Of a stretch of DNA of 64,000 bases, positions 21,245 through 32,953 are shown one piece after another. The translations under genes were made by a program, and so were the position numbers. A model generated the notes under the pieces. That model did no database searches. It was not told where the DNA came from and saw nothing but the letters and a program-made list of their open reading frames with translations. Source of the stretch: Perkinsela sp. CCAP 1560/9 (Eukaryota; Protista; Euglenozoa: Kinetoplastea); assembly GCA_965644495.1 (NCBI GenBank), contig CBFFSA010000007.1:744001-808000 (forward strand), given 5' to 3'. Numbering within the stretch: the stretch's first letter is position 1; the number at the start of each line of letters is the position of its first letter.

Positions 21245-21629
21245 ATAAAGTAGTACCAATGATCCATATAATGTACTAAGCAAATGCGTGCATGTATTAA
21301 AAGTGGTCTAAAAATATTACAAATTGGTGCATGTCGTTTTTTTATGTACTGGGAGACATTTTTCTGTGTAATATTATTCTGCGTTAATTGCGGGGGTTGT
21401 TTACAACTTCTCCATGCCTTATGGTGTCCGGGGTAGGGTGGATCGAGGAGGGTGAGAAAAGGGGGTCCAGACCCCCTCTATTCTTGTATTCTCGATTTGG
21501 GCGCAAATCGCTTTTAAAAACGTAGGTCTATGGATTCGAGCCCAGGTAGTCCGGTTGGTAAGATACACTGTTCATATTCTGGTGGTCCGAGCTTCGACTT
21601 CTGGTGGTTACATTTTCAGCCAGTCCCCT

Positions 21630-22310
21630 TGACCTTGAAGCGGTCGACTCCCCTGAATCTGAAAAGTACACAACCCTGGGCAAATGGGTTGCGTATCCGA
21701 TACGAGACACCTTACGAATTCATGTGAAGAGGTCAGAGATTTCTCTCGATTGGCTACGAACGAGTAGTGTCGAGAAGAAGGCCAAGTAAGCACCAGACTG
21801 TCAGCCTCCTCCTGATCTTACCCAGCGAATGGAGGATACTTGAGATGTACGCACTGTGGGTAACTGCGCGACTTCGTCAACTCTGATCCGGAGAGCAATG
21901 TTCTCAAGTCGCTGTATAATGTCTCCATCGACATTGACATTTTGTTGCAGGGGCTCGTCCTTTTGACCAAGGCGCGAGAGGCAGGACTTCTTTTTTTTCA
22001 AAGACGCCTAAAAGTCGGATGGACATGATGGAGTTTTTGAAGAAGTATTCTAGTGGGTTATGCGACCATAGCAAACGGGATCGAGAGGTTGTTATTCAGT
22101 GGTTGAAGACAATTTGTCGTGGTCTACGTGCCGATAATATTGAATACGGCAGAGTGCGCCGTGATCGCAGTAAGAATATTAGGGTAGAAGTTCAAGAAAC
22201 TTGCAGCCGCACTGACGAGATTCTTGTTGAATTCAAGAAGGTGCAGAGAGGGGTCGGGGAATTGCCGGATGAAGTCCTTGTTCTAAGGAAAAAGGTTTCT
22301 TCACCTAGAA
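21630..22310 (+). pseudogene. Degraded copy of transposon accessory gene 'ORF X' (homolog at 59298-61292)
   Basis: DSPESEKYTTLGKWVAYPIRDTLRIHVKRSEISLDWLRTSSVEK matches 60834-61292, and VQETCSRTDEILVEFKKVQRGVGEL matches 59298-59498. Contains stops and frameshifts. Confidence 0.8.
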
Positions 22311-22679
22311 ATCTATCTCTATATTTCCACTACCCAAATGAGCGTAACCTGCCGAATTGGTGGTTCACGGATAGGCTCTTACGGTATTAACACATTGAAG
22401 GATGTCACTGAGTTTATCATGGAACTGACGGTACCATGGGAAGAATCCTCGGACGGGGCGCAAAGCGAAACAAGTTAATAATAAAATAATAAAATAAATA
22501 ATAATAAGATTTTCCACCGGCGAAGGCAAACGAACCCGAAGTGCCGGTGAAAGTCAAGCATTATTTCACAAAATAATACTTTTTTTGATGTGCTCATTTG
22601 ATCATATTTATAAGTGTTTTTTATGTTAATTTTCGCATGTTGTCCCCCCCGTTTAAACGCATCACGTTTTCCGTGAAAA

Positions 22680-22817
22680 GTGCGCTTAAAAGGGGGGTCT
22701 GAATCGGCACGTAAAAAAAATTTGGCGCCGCTTCGCGGCGCCGGAGTATGCATTTCGACTCCATATGCTCTTAAACGGGGAGGTCTGACCGGGTGCGCTT
22801 AAGGAGAGGGGGGACAG
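22680..22817. mobile_element. Right terminus of a TA-flanked DNA transposon (G-tract end with subterminal GC hairpin)
   Basis: Ends GGGGGGACAG|TA like the ends at 41327 and 41922; hairpin GGCGCCGC-TTC-GCGGCGCC at 22724-22742. Confidence 0.55.
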
Positions 22818-23422
22818 TATATCTGCACTATCCTCGATGGATTGATCGTCTTGCTCCGATTTCGAATGGATCGATAGTTTTAGCTGTAGTGTACTCGCCC
22901 GCGCGCCGGAAAATGATGTTATCGAGTGGTTGAAAGGCCACTTGCGTTGAATCTGTCACCGGAGTACACTCTCAGACTGCCGAGCACATGAATGGAATAC
23001 TAAAAAAATACGCATGCGTGATAACGGCACACTTGGTGGTGGAGAAGAAGCGCGAGACAGCCGGCTGAAGTTTGCCGGAGACGCTGTAAATGGTAAACCT
23101 AAAAGAGGAGAACAAAACGGTCCTGCTCTCCGTCGCCTGTTTCAAGACGTGAATTGGTATTGCGAGGACGTGGAAATCGTTCTAGAATAGTTTAAGTGAA
23201 AGTAATATAAGTGTAAGATGCTATAACATTATTATACCGCAATATTATACAAAATAATGTTCTGCATTTATGAGATTAGTACTATACGGACGAATACGCG
23301 TCATGTACATGATCTTTTTGACGAAAAATCATTTCATTTTGGCGAAAGGAAAATATAGAGTATCCATAAAACATCCTCTCCCTAGAGTGCATGCGTGTAC
23401 ATCTTCGAGGGGCTAACGAGCG

Positions 23423-25387
23423 TCATTCGGGTACCACCAGTGTACCGCCATCCCGCCATTTAGTCCATGCGTTAACATATTCTAGAACTTCACTATATTG
23501 CACCACGCTAATTTTCTTTTTTAGCCGCTTTAATCCGCATACCACGTCGACATAATTACGACACTGCAAATAATCGAACAGCCCAGAATCCATTGCTGGA
23601 GGGGCGCTCCCATGTATTTCACAGAATACTGCGAAGTACTTGTCCGCAGGAACTCTGTAGGAGAACGTGTGTGCAGCTGCTGAGCTCTGCTCCGGCAATA
23701 TAGTAATACAGCTGTCCGGCTTTGCTAGTGGAGTCTCCATACTGATACTTACATTTGATAGTGACGATTGCCCAAGCTGAGACTTTACTGCTTCTTCACA
23801 ATTTTTTGAAATGGGGCTTCTTCTTTCGACATCAATTACAGAGACTTCTTTCCCCTCAACGTCGTTAATCCTCGATTTTAGCTTCTTTATCGCATTATTC
23901 GTATGAAAAGGCGAAATATGGAGCTTAGGCCGATAAAGACTTCGAAGCGAGCCTTGGGCTTTCATCGCTTCCCTATTGCGCTTCGACAGGGTAGCAACTA
24001 AACCGAGTCCCCGAAGATCGCCAATGTCACACGAAAGATTTTTATAAAGCGCGAGCGCTGTGTTCAGCATAGCAGTTACCTCACTTGTTGAAGGAACTAT
24101 TGACATGCTTTGCGCAAGATCCACACACCATCCATGGCCTCCGTGTTTTTTAGGTTCCTGTGGAGCCTCTGGATGTCTCTTCTTCACTTTAAGAGTCAAC
24201 TTCGAGACTTGCGCAGAGAGGAGCTCAAGCTTGATGCGCAATTGCTCAGAAAGCTCACGTAATAGACCTGAAAGATCGTCAAATGATTGCGGCCGGACAC
24301 CGTAGTTCATCGAGCAACTCACTGATTTGGGCATCAAACTCGTGACCTGCATACCAGAAGAATATGTGGGAATAACTTTTCGAATACACATCCCTTGAGA
24401 GGTGCGTTGCAGCGACGCGCCTTGAACGGGACCGAACTCACTTTGCAGGATTGCAAGAGGTGTGCTTCGCAGCTGCGCGCACGTATTTATGCCATGGTTT
24501 TCCAGACGTTTGGCCGTGATCCGACCGATTCCGTAAATCATGTGCAATTCTTGGGAATCAAGAAATTCCCTAATAAGTTCAGACGAAAATAAACTTTTTT
24601 GCCCATTTGGTTTTGCGACTTGCGTGCACATGCGAGCCAACAGTACATTGGGAGCAATACCTGCGGAAAGCGTACAGCGCGTTTCCTCGAACACCCTTTG
24701 TCGAATATTTAACACAAAACGATCTACTTGATCAATCACTGAGCTCCCATCATCAGTCTCAACAGGAAAATTGTCAAACGCGACTAAAAAGTCATCGACA
24801 GCCAGTATTTCTAGGGAGGAACGCAGAAATCCCACTTTTCTGGTTTGAAGTGCAGCATCATTCATTTCACGAGTAAGCTTTGCCAGCTCTTGGAGAACGA
24901 TGTGATATACGTTCTTCATAGTCGCTACGTATGCAGAAAAATCATAGTGTACTAGTTGAAGCTCTGGACAAACTTGTCTAGCCCTGGAAAGCAGCATTCC
25001 GCCCCGTACCCCTCGTTCTCGAGCAGGATAATTGCAGGACGAAACTTCCCCGTAAGAACCTCCGTGCCCAACCGCAATGGGAATCAACTGCAAATCTTCA
25101 CGATCACGCACTGCTACGGATGCGAAAAAGCTATCCATATCAAAGTGAACAGCAATTCGGCGATCAACTGGTGGAATATTACCTAACGGAGGCACTGCAT
25201 CTGTTGCGACTGCAAACAAGTTCTTACTGGAATTTTTGCAATTTCCGTCAAATTCAATGACTGCCCCCGCAATGCTGTTCTCAACGCCTTGCTCTTGAAA
25301 TAGATCTCGAAGTATTTGCATGGACCGATATTTCCAATCCCCAATGAAATGCAGACGGCTGTTCGAATAAAAATCCAGGACGTGCAT
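23423..25387 (-). CDS. REV1: Y-family DNA polymerase REV1-like (deoxycytidyl transferase), no BRCT domain
   Basis: N-digit FYSNSRLHFIGDWK, HFDMDSFFASV, SSCNYPARERGV, KSVSCSMNYGVR and PKKHGGHGWC are REV1-diagnostic. Confidence 0.88.
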   Translation of the reverse strand: MHVLDFYSNSRLHFIGDWKYRSMQILRDLFQEQGVENSIAGAVIEFDGNCKNSSKNLFAVATDAVPPLGNIPPVDRRIAVHFDMDSFFASVAVRDREDLQLIPIAVGHGGSYGEVSSCNYPARERGVRGGMLLSRARQVCPELQLVHYDFSAYVATMKNVYHIVLQELAKLTREMNDAALQTRKVGFLRSSLEILAVDDFLVAFDNFPVETDDGSSVIDQVDRFVLNIRQRVFEETRCTLSAGIAPNVLLARMCTQVAKPNGQKSLFSSELIREFLDSQELHMIYGIGRITAKRLENHGINTCAQLRSTPLAILQSEFGPVQGASLQRTSQGMCIRKVIPTYSSGMQVTSLMPKSVSCSMNYGVRPQSFDDLSGLLRELSEQLRIKLELLSAQVSKLTLKVKKRHPEAPQEPKKHGGHGWCVDLAQSMSIVPSTSEVTAMLNTALALYKNLSCDIGDLRGLGLVATLSKRNREAMKAQGSLRSLYRPKLHISPFHTNNAIKKLKSRINDVEGKEVSVIDVERRSPISKNCEEAVKSQLGQSSLSNVSISMETPLAKPDSCITILPEQSSAAAHTFSYRVPADKYFAVFCEIHGSAPPAMDSGLFDYLQCRNYVDVVCGLKRLKKKISVVQYSEVLEYVNAWTKWRDGGTLVVPE

Positions 25388-26116
25388 CCCTCTCTTAAGT
25401 TTTCTTTACATTGTCGAGCGCATTTTCAAATTCTCAATTTTTTTTCTATTCTATATTTTTTAGCTACGGTACCCTCCACTTATTAAGTGGGGGGTACAAT
25501 TAAGTCTTAATTGCCTCCCCTATTTACTGTGCCCCCCCCCACTTATAGTGCCGCGGTTTTCGACCAAACGGCACTTTAAGTGGGGGGGTAGTATGTTTCA
25601 GATCGAGGGTGAAAATTTTTTCAACTTCAAAAAAAAACGTCGTAGAATGGTAGCTGAGGTCCAAAGCTCTTAAAATACGTTTTAGGAGTCGATTTTGTAA
25701 AATAATATTTTTACTTTCTTTTGGGTAAAAAAAAAAAATTTTTGGTCACCACAAAAATTTCGGAAATTTTGACCTTTTCGGACCCCTCCCGCGCGTACCA
25801 GGTGGGGTGGAAAATTATCGCCGCGGCATACTCTACCACTTCCCTGCGCTCGATTTTGAAAAGCGAAAAATTCGAAAAAAAAAAGCGACGTATGCCCCCC
25901 CCCTGGACCCCCCACTTTTTTCAATTTTTTTTTCAATTTTGGACCACCGGAGCCCCCTTTTATATTTTTTTCTTCTATTGTATTACTGTGTTCCTCTTTG
26001 TATTTTCACTGTTTTTGTTCACCTTTTTTTCAATAATCGAGGGTAGAGCGGTAGTTATACAACCACCGCAATAAAGATGCCCTACACCCCCGCCGAAAAA
26101 GTATTGTAATTTATTA

Positions 26117-26225
26117 GAGGGGTGAAACCTGCAGAAACGTCAGTTGAGCGAACACAGGCGAACACGCTACTCCTAAGCCATTTCAATGGGAAAAAATACT
26201 TAGTCAAATTTGAGATTTGTATTGC
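26117..26225. mobile_element. Orphan Harbinger-type terminus
   Basis: TTA|GAGGGGTGAAACCT resembles the TIR at 57926 (TAA|GAGGGTTGAAACCT); both are followed by AAAA-TACTTAGTCAAA. Confidence 0.55.
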
Positions 26226-26978
26226 GAATTCCATAGCTTGGACTAGTAAACTAGTAATTACTAAAAGTAGTAAACAGGCTAGTAATTACTACTAGTAATT
26301 ACTAAAGTTGCTACTTTTTTGGTCACGTACTTTTGATCAGATTTAGGTAACATGTTAAGCTTTGGAAGAGCTCTACTTTACAGAAACGGTATCTTTATCG
26401 GTGTGGAGACTGAATATCACCATCCTCCATTCATTTGAATATCTCAATATGTGTATTTGTAAACACAGGAAATGACCCACGCGTTCTTCAATGTGCCAGA
26501 AAAGAATCTCATTATGAAATGCATAGATCGTCGTCCAAAATTTAAAACTGCTTCAGATCAGCTCAAATATATATTTATATTTTCACCCCCCGCTCCCACC
26601 CCAGTTAGCGCACCCCGCGACGGTACCAATCCTGTACAGCCGCTTGCACTATCTGGGCATTGTCCTTCTGGATGGCTACTCCCATAGCCATCAGAAGGTG
26701 AGAGAGAAATCCGGCCCTGTCGGACGTGTGTGCTCTGGCCACCCTATTGAGAAAATTGAGTGTCTCTGGGCCAGGCACCCCATAGGTGGTGAAGGCCAGG
26801 GGGAAAAAATCCATCCCTCTGGCGGCCGCCATCTCGTCATGGGCGCGGCGCTTGTTGCCTTCCGCCATCCTCAGTGTATAAGAGGGATGGGTGGCCTCCT
26901 TGTCTACGTAAGACGGGGCCAGTGGGTTGACCACGGTGACGTCCACAAGGGCGAGCTTCCGGCCCAGTTGGAAGCATA

Positions 26979-27417
26979 CAGGGGGGTAAATCAGATGCTG
27001 CGGGGGGTCTAAAAATTGCAAAACCCTTCAAATTTTGGAAAATGATAGCGCATTCGAGAGCTCTCGCAGAGTTCTATGTTTTTGCGCTATTTTTACCCCA
27101 AAAGAAAGCAATTTTGTTTATGGCATTTTTTTAAAGTTTTTTTGCCCCTCTAAAATTTGCAGTTTTTCCCAAATTCGACATAGTAGTAGAAAAAAAAGGA
27201 GCAAGTTGTAATTATTAGTCGTCTAAAACCGTTCTCACAATTTTTGCATTTTGACGTTTTTGGGCTTCTTGTCAGTTGAACACCCCCCTATACCCCGGGA
27301 AACTGCCTTTTCTAAAACATAGAACTCTTCGAGAGCTCTCGAATACGCTATCATTTTCCAAAATTGGAAAGGTTTTGCAATTTTTAGACCCCCCGCAGCA
27401 TCTAATTTACCCCCCTG
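26979..27417. mobile_element. 439-bp Tc1/mariner-type MITE
   Basis: ~100-bp imperfect TIRs beginning CAGGGGGGTAAAT, TA duplication (26977-26978 / 27418-27419), no coding capacity. Excision restores the host frame GPDICFQL. Confidence 0.92.
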
Positions 27418-27812
27418 TATGTCAGGGCCTCGACCGTTGTCGAAACTGGGTTCGCAAAGGTCTGGGGAGAAACCATAGTTGATTAGGAGGTTTCGGAAGG
27501 TTTCCTTTACTACTTTATGTCGAGAGGCTTGGGTCTTGCCCCTGACCTTCTTGCAGTCCAGCGCGTGGACGCAAAAATCCTCGTTCCTGAGGGTGGCGCC
27601 GCACACGCACTGTAGTTCAGGTTCGGAGGTCGGGGAGACCAAGTACCGAAGGCGGGCCGCTGTTTCCCGCTCGGGGTCCCGCATGTAGTATTCCGGCCTG
27701 TTCGGCCACGCATTCATCCATTTGGTAGAGTGGATCTTTTGAATCTGTCTCATACAGACCAAGTGCGTGGCCGAGGGGGCCTTCTGGATGGCCTCCTCAC
27801 AGAAGCTGCGTC

Positions 27813-29231
27813 TCAGCTCCTTGGCTGGCGTACCTGAGTGAATCCTTGGAGGGCGTTTTTGGCTTTGCCTTGCATGTCCTCACCTTTGTGCTCGAAAGGA
27901 ATGGTCCCTAGGAAGTCCGCCGTAAAAAGGGGATTTGAGAACGGCGACTTTCCAAGGGGGCCCATCCCTCCGAGTAAGGCTTCAGAGCACGCCTTGATGG
28001 CACAGTCAATTTGTTTATTGGCCATCTTGGTGACCGGGGGTTCGTGCGTCCGCATAATATAATTCCAGCGCGGGCTGCCGCATAGCCGCAGGAGGGGTAG
28101 GGTGCATTGCCTGGGGAGATCCTTCAGTTTCCCCAGGAAGGAGGCCACCTTGGGTACCTTGGAGAGCACCCATTCCTCCTCAACCGACTCCGAAGCTCCA
28201 ATGTAAGCTCCAAGGAGCTTAACCCCGCCCGGGGAGTGCACCATTCTGGTACCTTTGAAAGCCAAGTATAGGTCATCCCCGCGGGTGGCGACCTTACTCT
28301 TGGCAGCGTTGAGCTTCAAACCAAGGAATTTGATTTCTCCTTGGAGGGCATCGAGGGCCTCCCCGCACACCTTGGGCTCCCCAGCGAGGGTGACGTCATC
28401 GAGATAAGCCCATAATTTCAAGGAGCTGGGGAATTTGGCCGCCACTCGAGAGATGGCCCCCTGTATCCCGATCGCGAACAGGATAGGGGAGAGCGGGTCT
28501 CCCTGTTTGACCCCCCTGGTGCTCATGAGGACATTGCCCTCGCCCAGATGAAGAGCGCTGGGTTTACCGTATCCGAAAAGGGTAATGCCCTCGAGGGGGA
28601 GAAGTTTGGGGTTCCCCCGTATGGCCCTGAAGATGGCTGACCTCGAGATGCTGTTAAAGGCATTCTCGAGGTCCGCCGCGACGATAACCTCGTCGGGCCT
28701 GTCTCGGAAGTGATCGCGCACCTCGTACACGATGTGTTCACACCCTTGGGTGTATTGGGCCCCGAATTGGAGCCCTTGGAAGACCGTTGGGAGGTGTTCG
28801 CGCACCCTTTCAAGGGCGAGGAGTCCCGCCAGCTTCAGGAATACTTCGCCCATGGCAATTGGTCGATAGGTCGAGTGATGCCCCGCGGGGGCACCCGGTT
28901 TGGAAAACAGTTTAAGGGTGGCCCCCGTTAGTATCTCCCTCATGGAGTTAGGGAGGATGTTCGTAATGATACCGTGGACAATCCACGTCACACATTCCCG
29001 GGGATCATCCTCCATAAGCGCCGGGGCCAGTAGCTCCTTGGTCCACCCGGACGGTCCCGGGGCACGGAGCGGAGCCAAGCCTCGGACCTTCCGGGCCACA
29101 TCCGCCGGGGACGGGAGCGCCCCGTGGACGTCTTGGTCGTAGCGATACAGGCCGGAGGTATATGGGCCCCCGGTCGGATGGAGGCGTCTTGCTTGGTCTA
29201 AGGCCGCGGAGGGGTTAGCGGGGGGATACAA
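27813..29231 (-). pseudogene. Reverse transcriptase domain of the CRE-like element
   Basis: YRPIAMGE, QFG, DLENAFNS, GVKQGDPLSPILF, AYLDD, LKLNAAKS, KLLGAYIG. Confidence 0.93.
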
Positions 29232-31619
29232 AGGGGCTTCGAGGAGAAAGCGCCCGCTCTAACCAGTTCCTCAGCGAGCTTGAGCGCCGCGGTGGGTGAA
29301 CCGTTAGCTTGAATAGGCGTGGGGGACATGCTCTCTGACCCCTCGAGGAAGGCGCGCTGGCGCAGTTCCCTGGCCATTTGCTTCTGAGAGAGCTTCTCCT
29401 CCGGGAAGAACAGGAAGCGTTTTACCGAGAGAATGAGGTTCCAGGCGGTCACAATCTTCTGGTAAGGGGATTTAGATGGGAACCTGCGGCAAACGTGAGC
29501 TAAGTGTTCTCTCCACGCAGGGGTCTGGACTGCATAAAGTTTGCGCAAAGAGCCCCTCCCCAACAGTTCCGCCAGGTTTTCGGGGGACGGGGCGTGGTCG
29601 GTTCCTTCTATATATGCGCTCTGTGTGCATGGGGGCGTAACGGACACAGGTTCGGGCGGGGTTCCGGCCGTGTGTGCGGGCTCCGGCTGGAGGGGGCCGG
29701 CCGTAATGGCCGCCGCCACGATCCCTTCGAGGATCGTCCCGCTGACGAGCGGGGTGGGCTCCCCCATATGGACCGGCGCGAGGCTGCCATCCTCGGAGTG
29801 TTGCTCTCCGGCGTGCTGGTTGCCCTCCCCCTGACGAGGGAAGTTGGGTTCAGAACCTTTCGGGAGGTTACCGGCCTTTGCGGGAATGCTGCGAGGTTGC
29901 GGGGGGGCCCTAGCATTAGGAGGGGATGTTACGTAAGGGCCTGAAGGGAGGCTGCGCGCGACAGACCGAGTATTGCGAGTCTTGCGGTGAGGTCCCGGGT
30001 TAGCCTCGATGCACCCCCGTCTCAGGTTGCATCGCACCAGTTCCGCCCACCACCCCGAGTCGGCGATTAAACCCTCGGAAGGGAGGAAATACCAGTATAC
30101 GGACCCGTCTTCTGCCTCAAAAGGGGTCCATGCACATGCGAAGTCGTGAGCTAGTGCCAACGTGTGGCAAAGAAAGAAGGGAATATTTTCTGCGGGGAGG
30201 GGGGCTTTCGTGTTGATGCATGAGCCGTGTGTTGTTCCGTCGAACACCCTGATATGGTGTCCGTGTGGCGAATCGTTGAAAGGTACGAGCAGGGTGGCCC
30301 AAATACTGGGCGAGGCGCCCACGTCCTCGTCTGTCTCCAGGTAGGGGCCTCCCTGGTCGCTGGTTAGGCATACGCGGTCCGACGGGACCCCTAGCGTGAG
30401 GCCGACTGTGTGGGCTAAGCCTTGGAGTGGGCATCCGGGTGGGACCAGAACCATGATGTGCCCCATAGCGAGGGGTCCTAGGTGTAGGTTAACCTTGGTC
30501 CAGACCTCCTCATGGAGTTCCAGAGGGGGAGGGGGGGCGTCCCCTGTGGGCCGTGCGCTCCCCCCGACGGGTGGCGAAATCGAGGGGCGTCAGCCATAGG
30601 GGGCGGCGGAGAGTCTACTTCAATGTGCCCACTCGCCGGGGTTGTCGGGGCCCTGTTTAATAAGGCGATGCGCTGCAGTTCCCCGAGCCACACGTTGTGG
30701 AGTTCGGAGGCTGAGGCCCACTGGAGGTCTGAGATATCTGAAGCTCCCCACCGGTGTTCCTTGAGAAGGTGGGCGGCGGTCGCGCGGACAGCGGCCTGTT
30801 CGTGGACGAGCTTATGTTCCGCCAGCTTCCGCTGATCGAGGAAGACTCGCCCACAAGTATGACAAAGATGTGCTCGATCCTCGACCAGTTTGCGTTCCCT
30901 ATGCTCCTGCCTCGCATCCTGGCAGAGTAGGGCGAGCCACTCTGAGATGATGTCGTCCCGCGCCCTCGCGAAGTCGGCCTCCAGAGCTCGGGCAGCGCTC
31001 GCTAGACGATGCTCTTCGACTTCGTGTCTGAGGTCCGAGGACACTCCATCCTTGCGTCCCCTATTGAAGAGAGCCCCCATAATTTCGGCATTCTTAGATG
31101 CTATGATCGCAAGTTGGTCCTGGAGCGGGGGTGCTTTGCCAGTTACGGTGCCGGAGGGGGGTTCTGTACCTTGGGTTGATAGGCGCGGAGGGATGGGTGA
31201 GAGCAATCTGGCCTTGTCCGCGTAAGAGTGGGTCAAATGGGTGGGCGTCGGCCGAGGGGCGAAGGAGACCCGGGATCTCAATACTGTTCTCAACATTAAT
31301 ATCTCAATATTAATGTGTGCTACAAAACATACTCCAAAACGTACGCTCGGATAAATAAACTGATATCAATTTTTAAACTTAGTTCACATGGGGGAAAACA
31401 AAGCGATTGAATAGAGCCCACAGAAAAAATCCACATGAAAACAGAAGCAAAACTCGTAAGCACAATCGAGCACATAATTTAAATTTCTCCAGCTCCGAAA
31501 ATGACATGCTCGCCCAAGTTCAAAGTCCGTCCTGCATATCTCGCACAATGATGCAAAAAGAAAAAATGATGATAACTCAAAATCGAGGGTTCGCCCAAGT
31601 TCGAAATCCTTCGTACAGT

Positions 31620-32653
31620 TCACGCACAATAGAGTAATACACTTCTTGTAAGGCACTTTTCTCCCCGTGAATACGCTTCAACTTGGAGTCTAATTCTTTG
31701 CGAGTTAACAGGAGCCCCATCTACCATGAGGTAGCGTAACTTCATCAGATTTTCATCCGATATGCAGGAGCGCAGTGTCGTAATCAAGGCTTCGGACATT
31801 CCAATGCCATTGTAGCCTTTGTGCTTGGGGTGGTAAATCGGGGGCAGTACGAAATGCTTACGACCAACGTACAAAATCGCAATCAGGACATGCTCATGTA
31901 ATACGGTATCAACCCCGCCATCCACTGCCATGCCAAAAAACGTTGCTCGATCAATTCATTGACCAAGGCTCACACCTTATCGGCGACGCGGCGTTCGTAG
32001 CAGTGAAACATCTTCGCACTACGTGTTGCGTCGATGACATCCTTTGAATCTATTTTCGAAGGGCGGAGAGCTTCATATTCTGCAACGAACTTAAGGAAAG
32101 CATCCGTCGACAGACTATGTTTCGCGGCAAGACGTGGCCAATCAATTCGTACAAACTGCTGGACTTGGGCTTTCTGTGATTCCGCGTCTACTTGTGCGTC
32201 GGTGTCGCTGATTGCGCCTGTGCAAGTCTTTAAGTGCTTATAGCACAATGCTTCAATCCTACTGTGTGTTATAAAAGAGCATTGCGTACATTTCACGTGT
32301 CTAGCGTGGCCCATGCTGTCGCATTTAATGGTGTTGACGGGGTTTTCGGCAATTTTTACGGCCCAAGCTTCACATCCTTTTTCAGCGCATGTGAAGTCAC
32401 ATCTCTCATAATCCAAGATGTTTTGATTTCTGAGAGAACCGAACGATAGGGGGTTATTTCCAGTATTGCTTCTTCCTCTACGAGGGCGAGGAGAATCCCG
32501 GATCAATGCATTTTCCGCATTAACCGCTATTTGTGTTGGAGTTGTTTCTAGTCGCTCCATTACGGCAGCCGCGTTTTCTCGATGGGCTTCCGCAGTGGCG
32601 TTCCTGCGTCTTCGAGTGTTCGGGGGAGTAGGGTACTCGATCGGACTTTTCAT
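31620..32653 (-). pseudogene. hAT-like transposase, N-terminal part (Zn finger plus first two catalytic Asp motifs), frameshifted and truncated
   Basis: VKCTQC..KHLKTC finger; FFGMAVDGGVD and LRYLMVDGAPVN resemble hAT D1/D2 motifs; lies just inside the right TIR. Confidence 0.6.
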
Positions 32654-32953
32654 TTATGTGAAAAAGTGCTGGAGCTTAAAATAAGTTTAGAACGTCAAAT
32701 AATGAGGATGTCACGTACATTCTATTTTCTTCGCATTAAATTATTTAATACAATGTATATTTAAAATATACATTGTATGCAAAATTTATGTGTGGGAAAA
32801 AAGTAGTAATTACTACTTTTTAAGTAGTAACTTTAGTAATTACTATAGTAATTACTAGTTTACTAGTCTAAGCTATGGAATTCCATGACCTCCCAAAAAA
32901 TTACGTAAAGTACATGATTTTAACTACTCGGCATTTGGTCCCTGCTGTGTAAG

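Larger units (their letters stand above)
26570..31300 (-). mobile_element. CRE/SLACS-clade non-LTR retrotransposon (C2H2 - RT - CCHC - restriction-like endonuclease), frameshifted
   Basis: Consecutive GC-rich minus-strand ORFs: 30478-31296 (CHTCGRVF..HKLVH), 29198-30466, 27813-29231 (RT), 27420-27762 (CVCG..HALDC, RH) and 26605-26977 (VDVTVVNP..K..FFPLAFTTYG). Ends are approximate. Confidence 0.88.
26232..32877 (-). mobile_element. hAT-like DNA transposon with 6-bp TSD (GAATTC), interrupted by a non-LTR retrotransposon
   Basis: TIR CATAGCTTRGACTAGTAAACTAGTAATTACTA (31/32 match), subterminal TAGTAATTACTA palindromes, GAATTC at 26226-26231 and 32878-32883. Confidence 0.75.
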
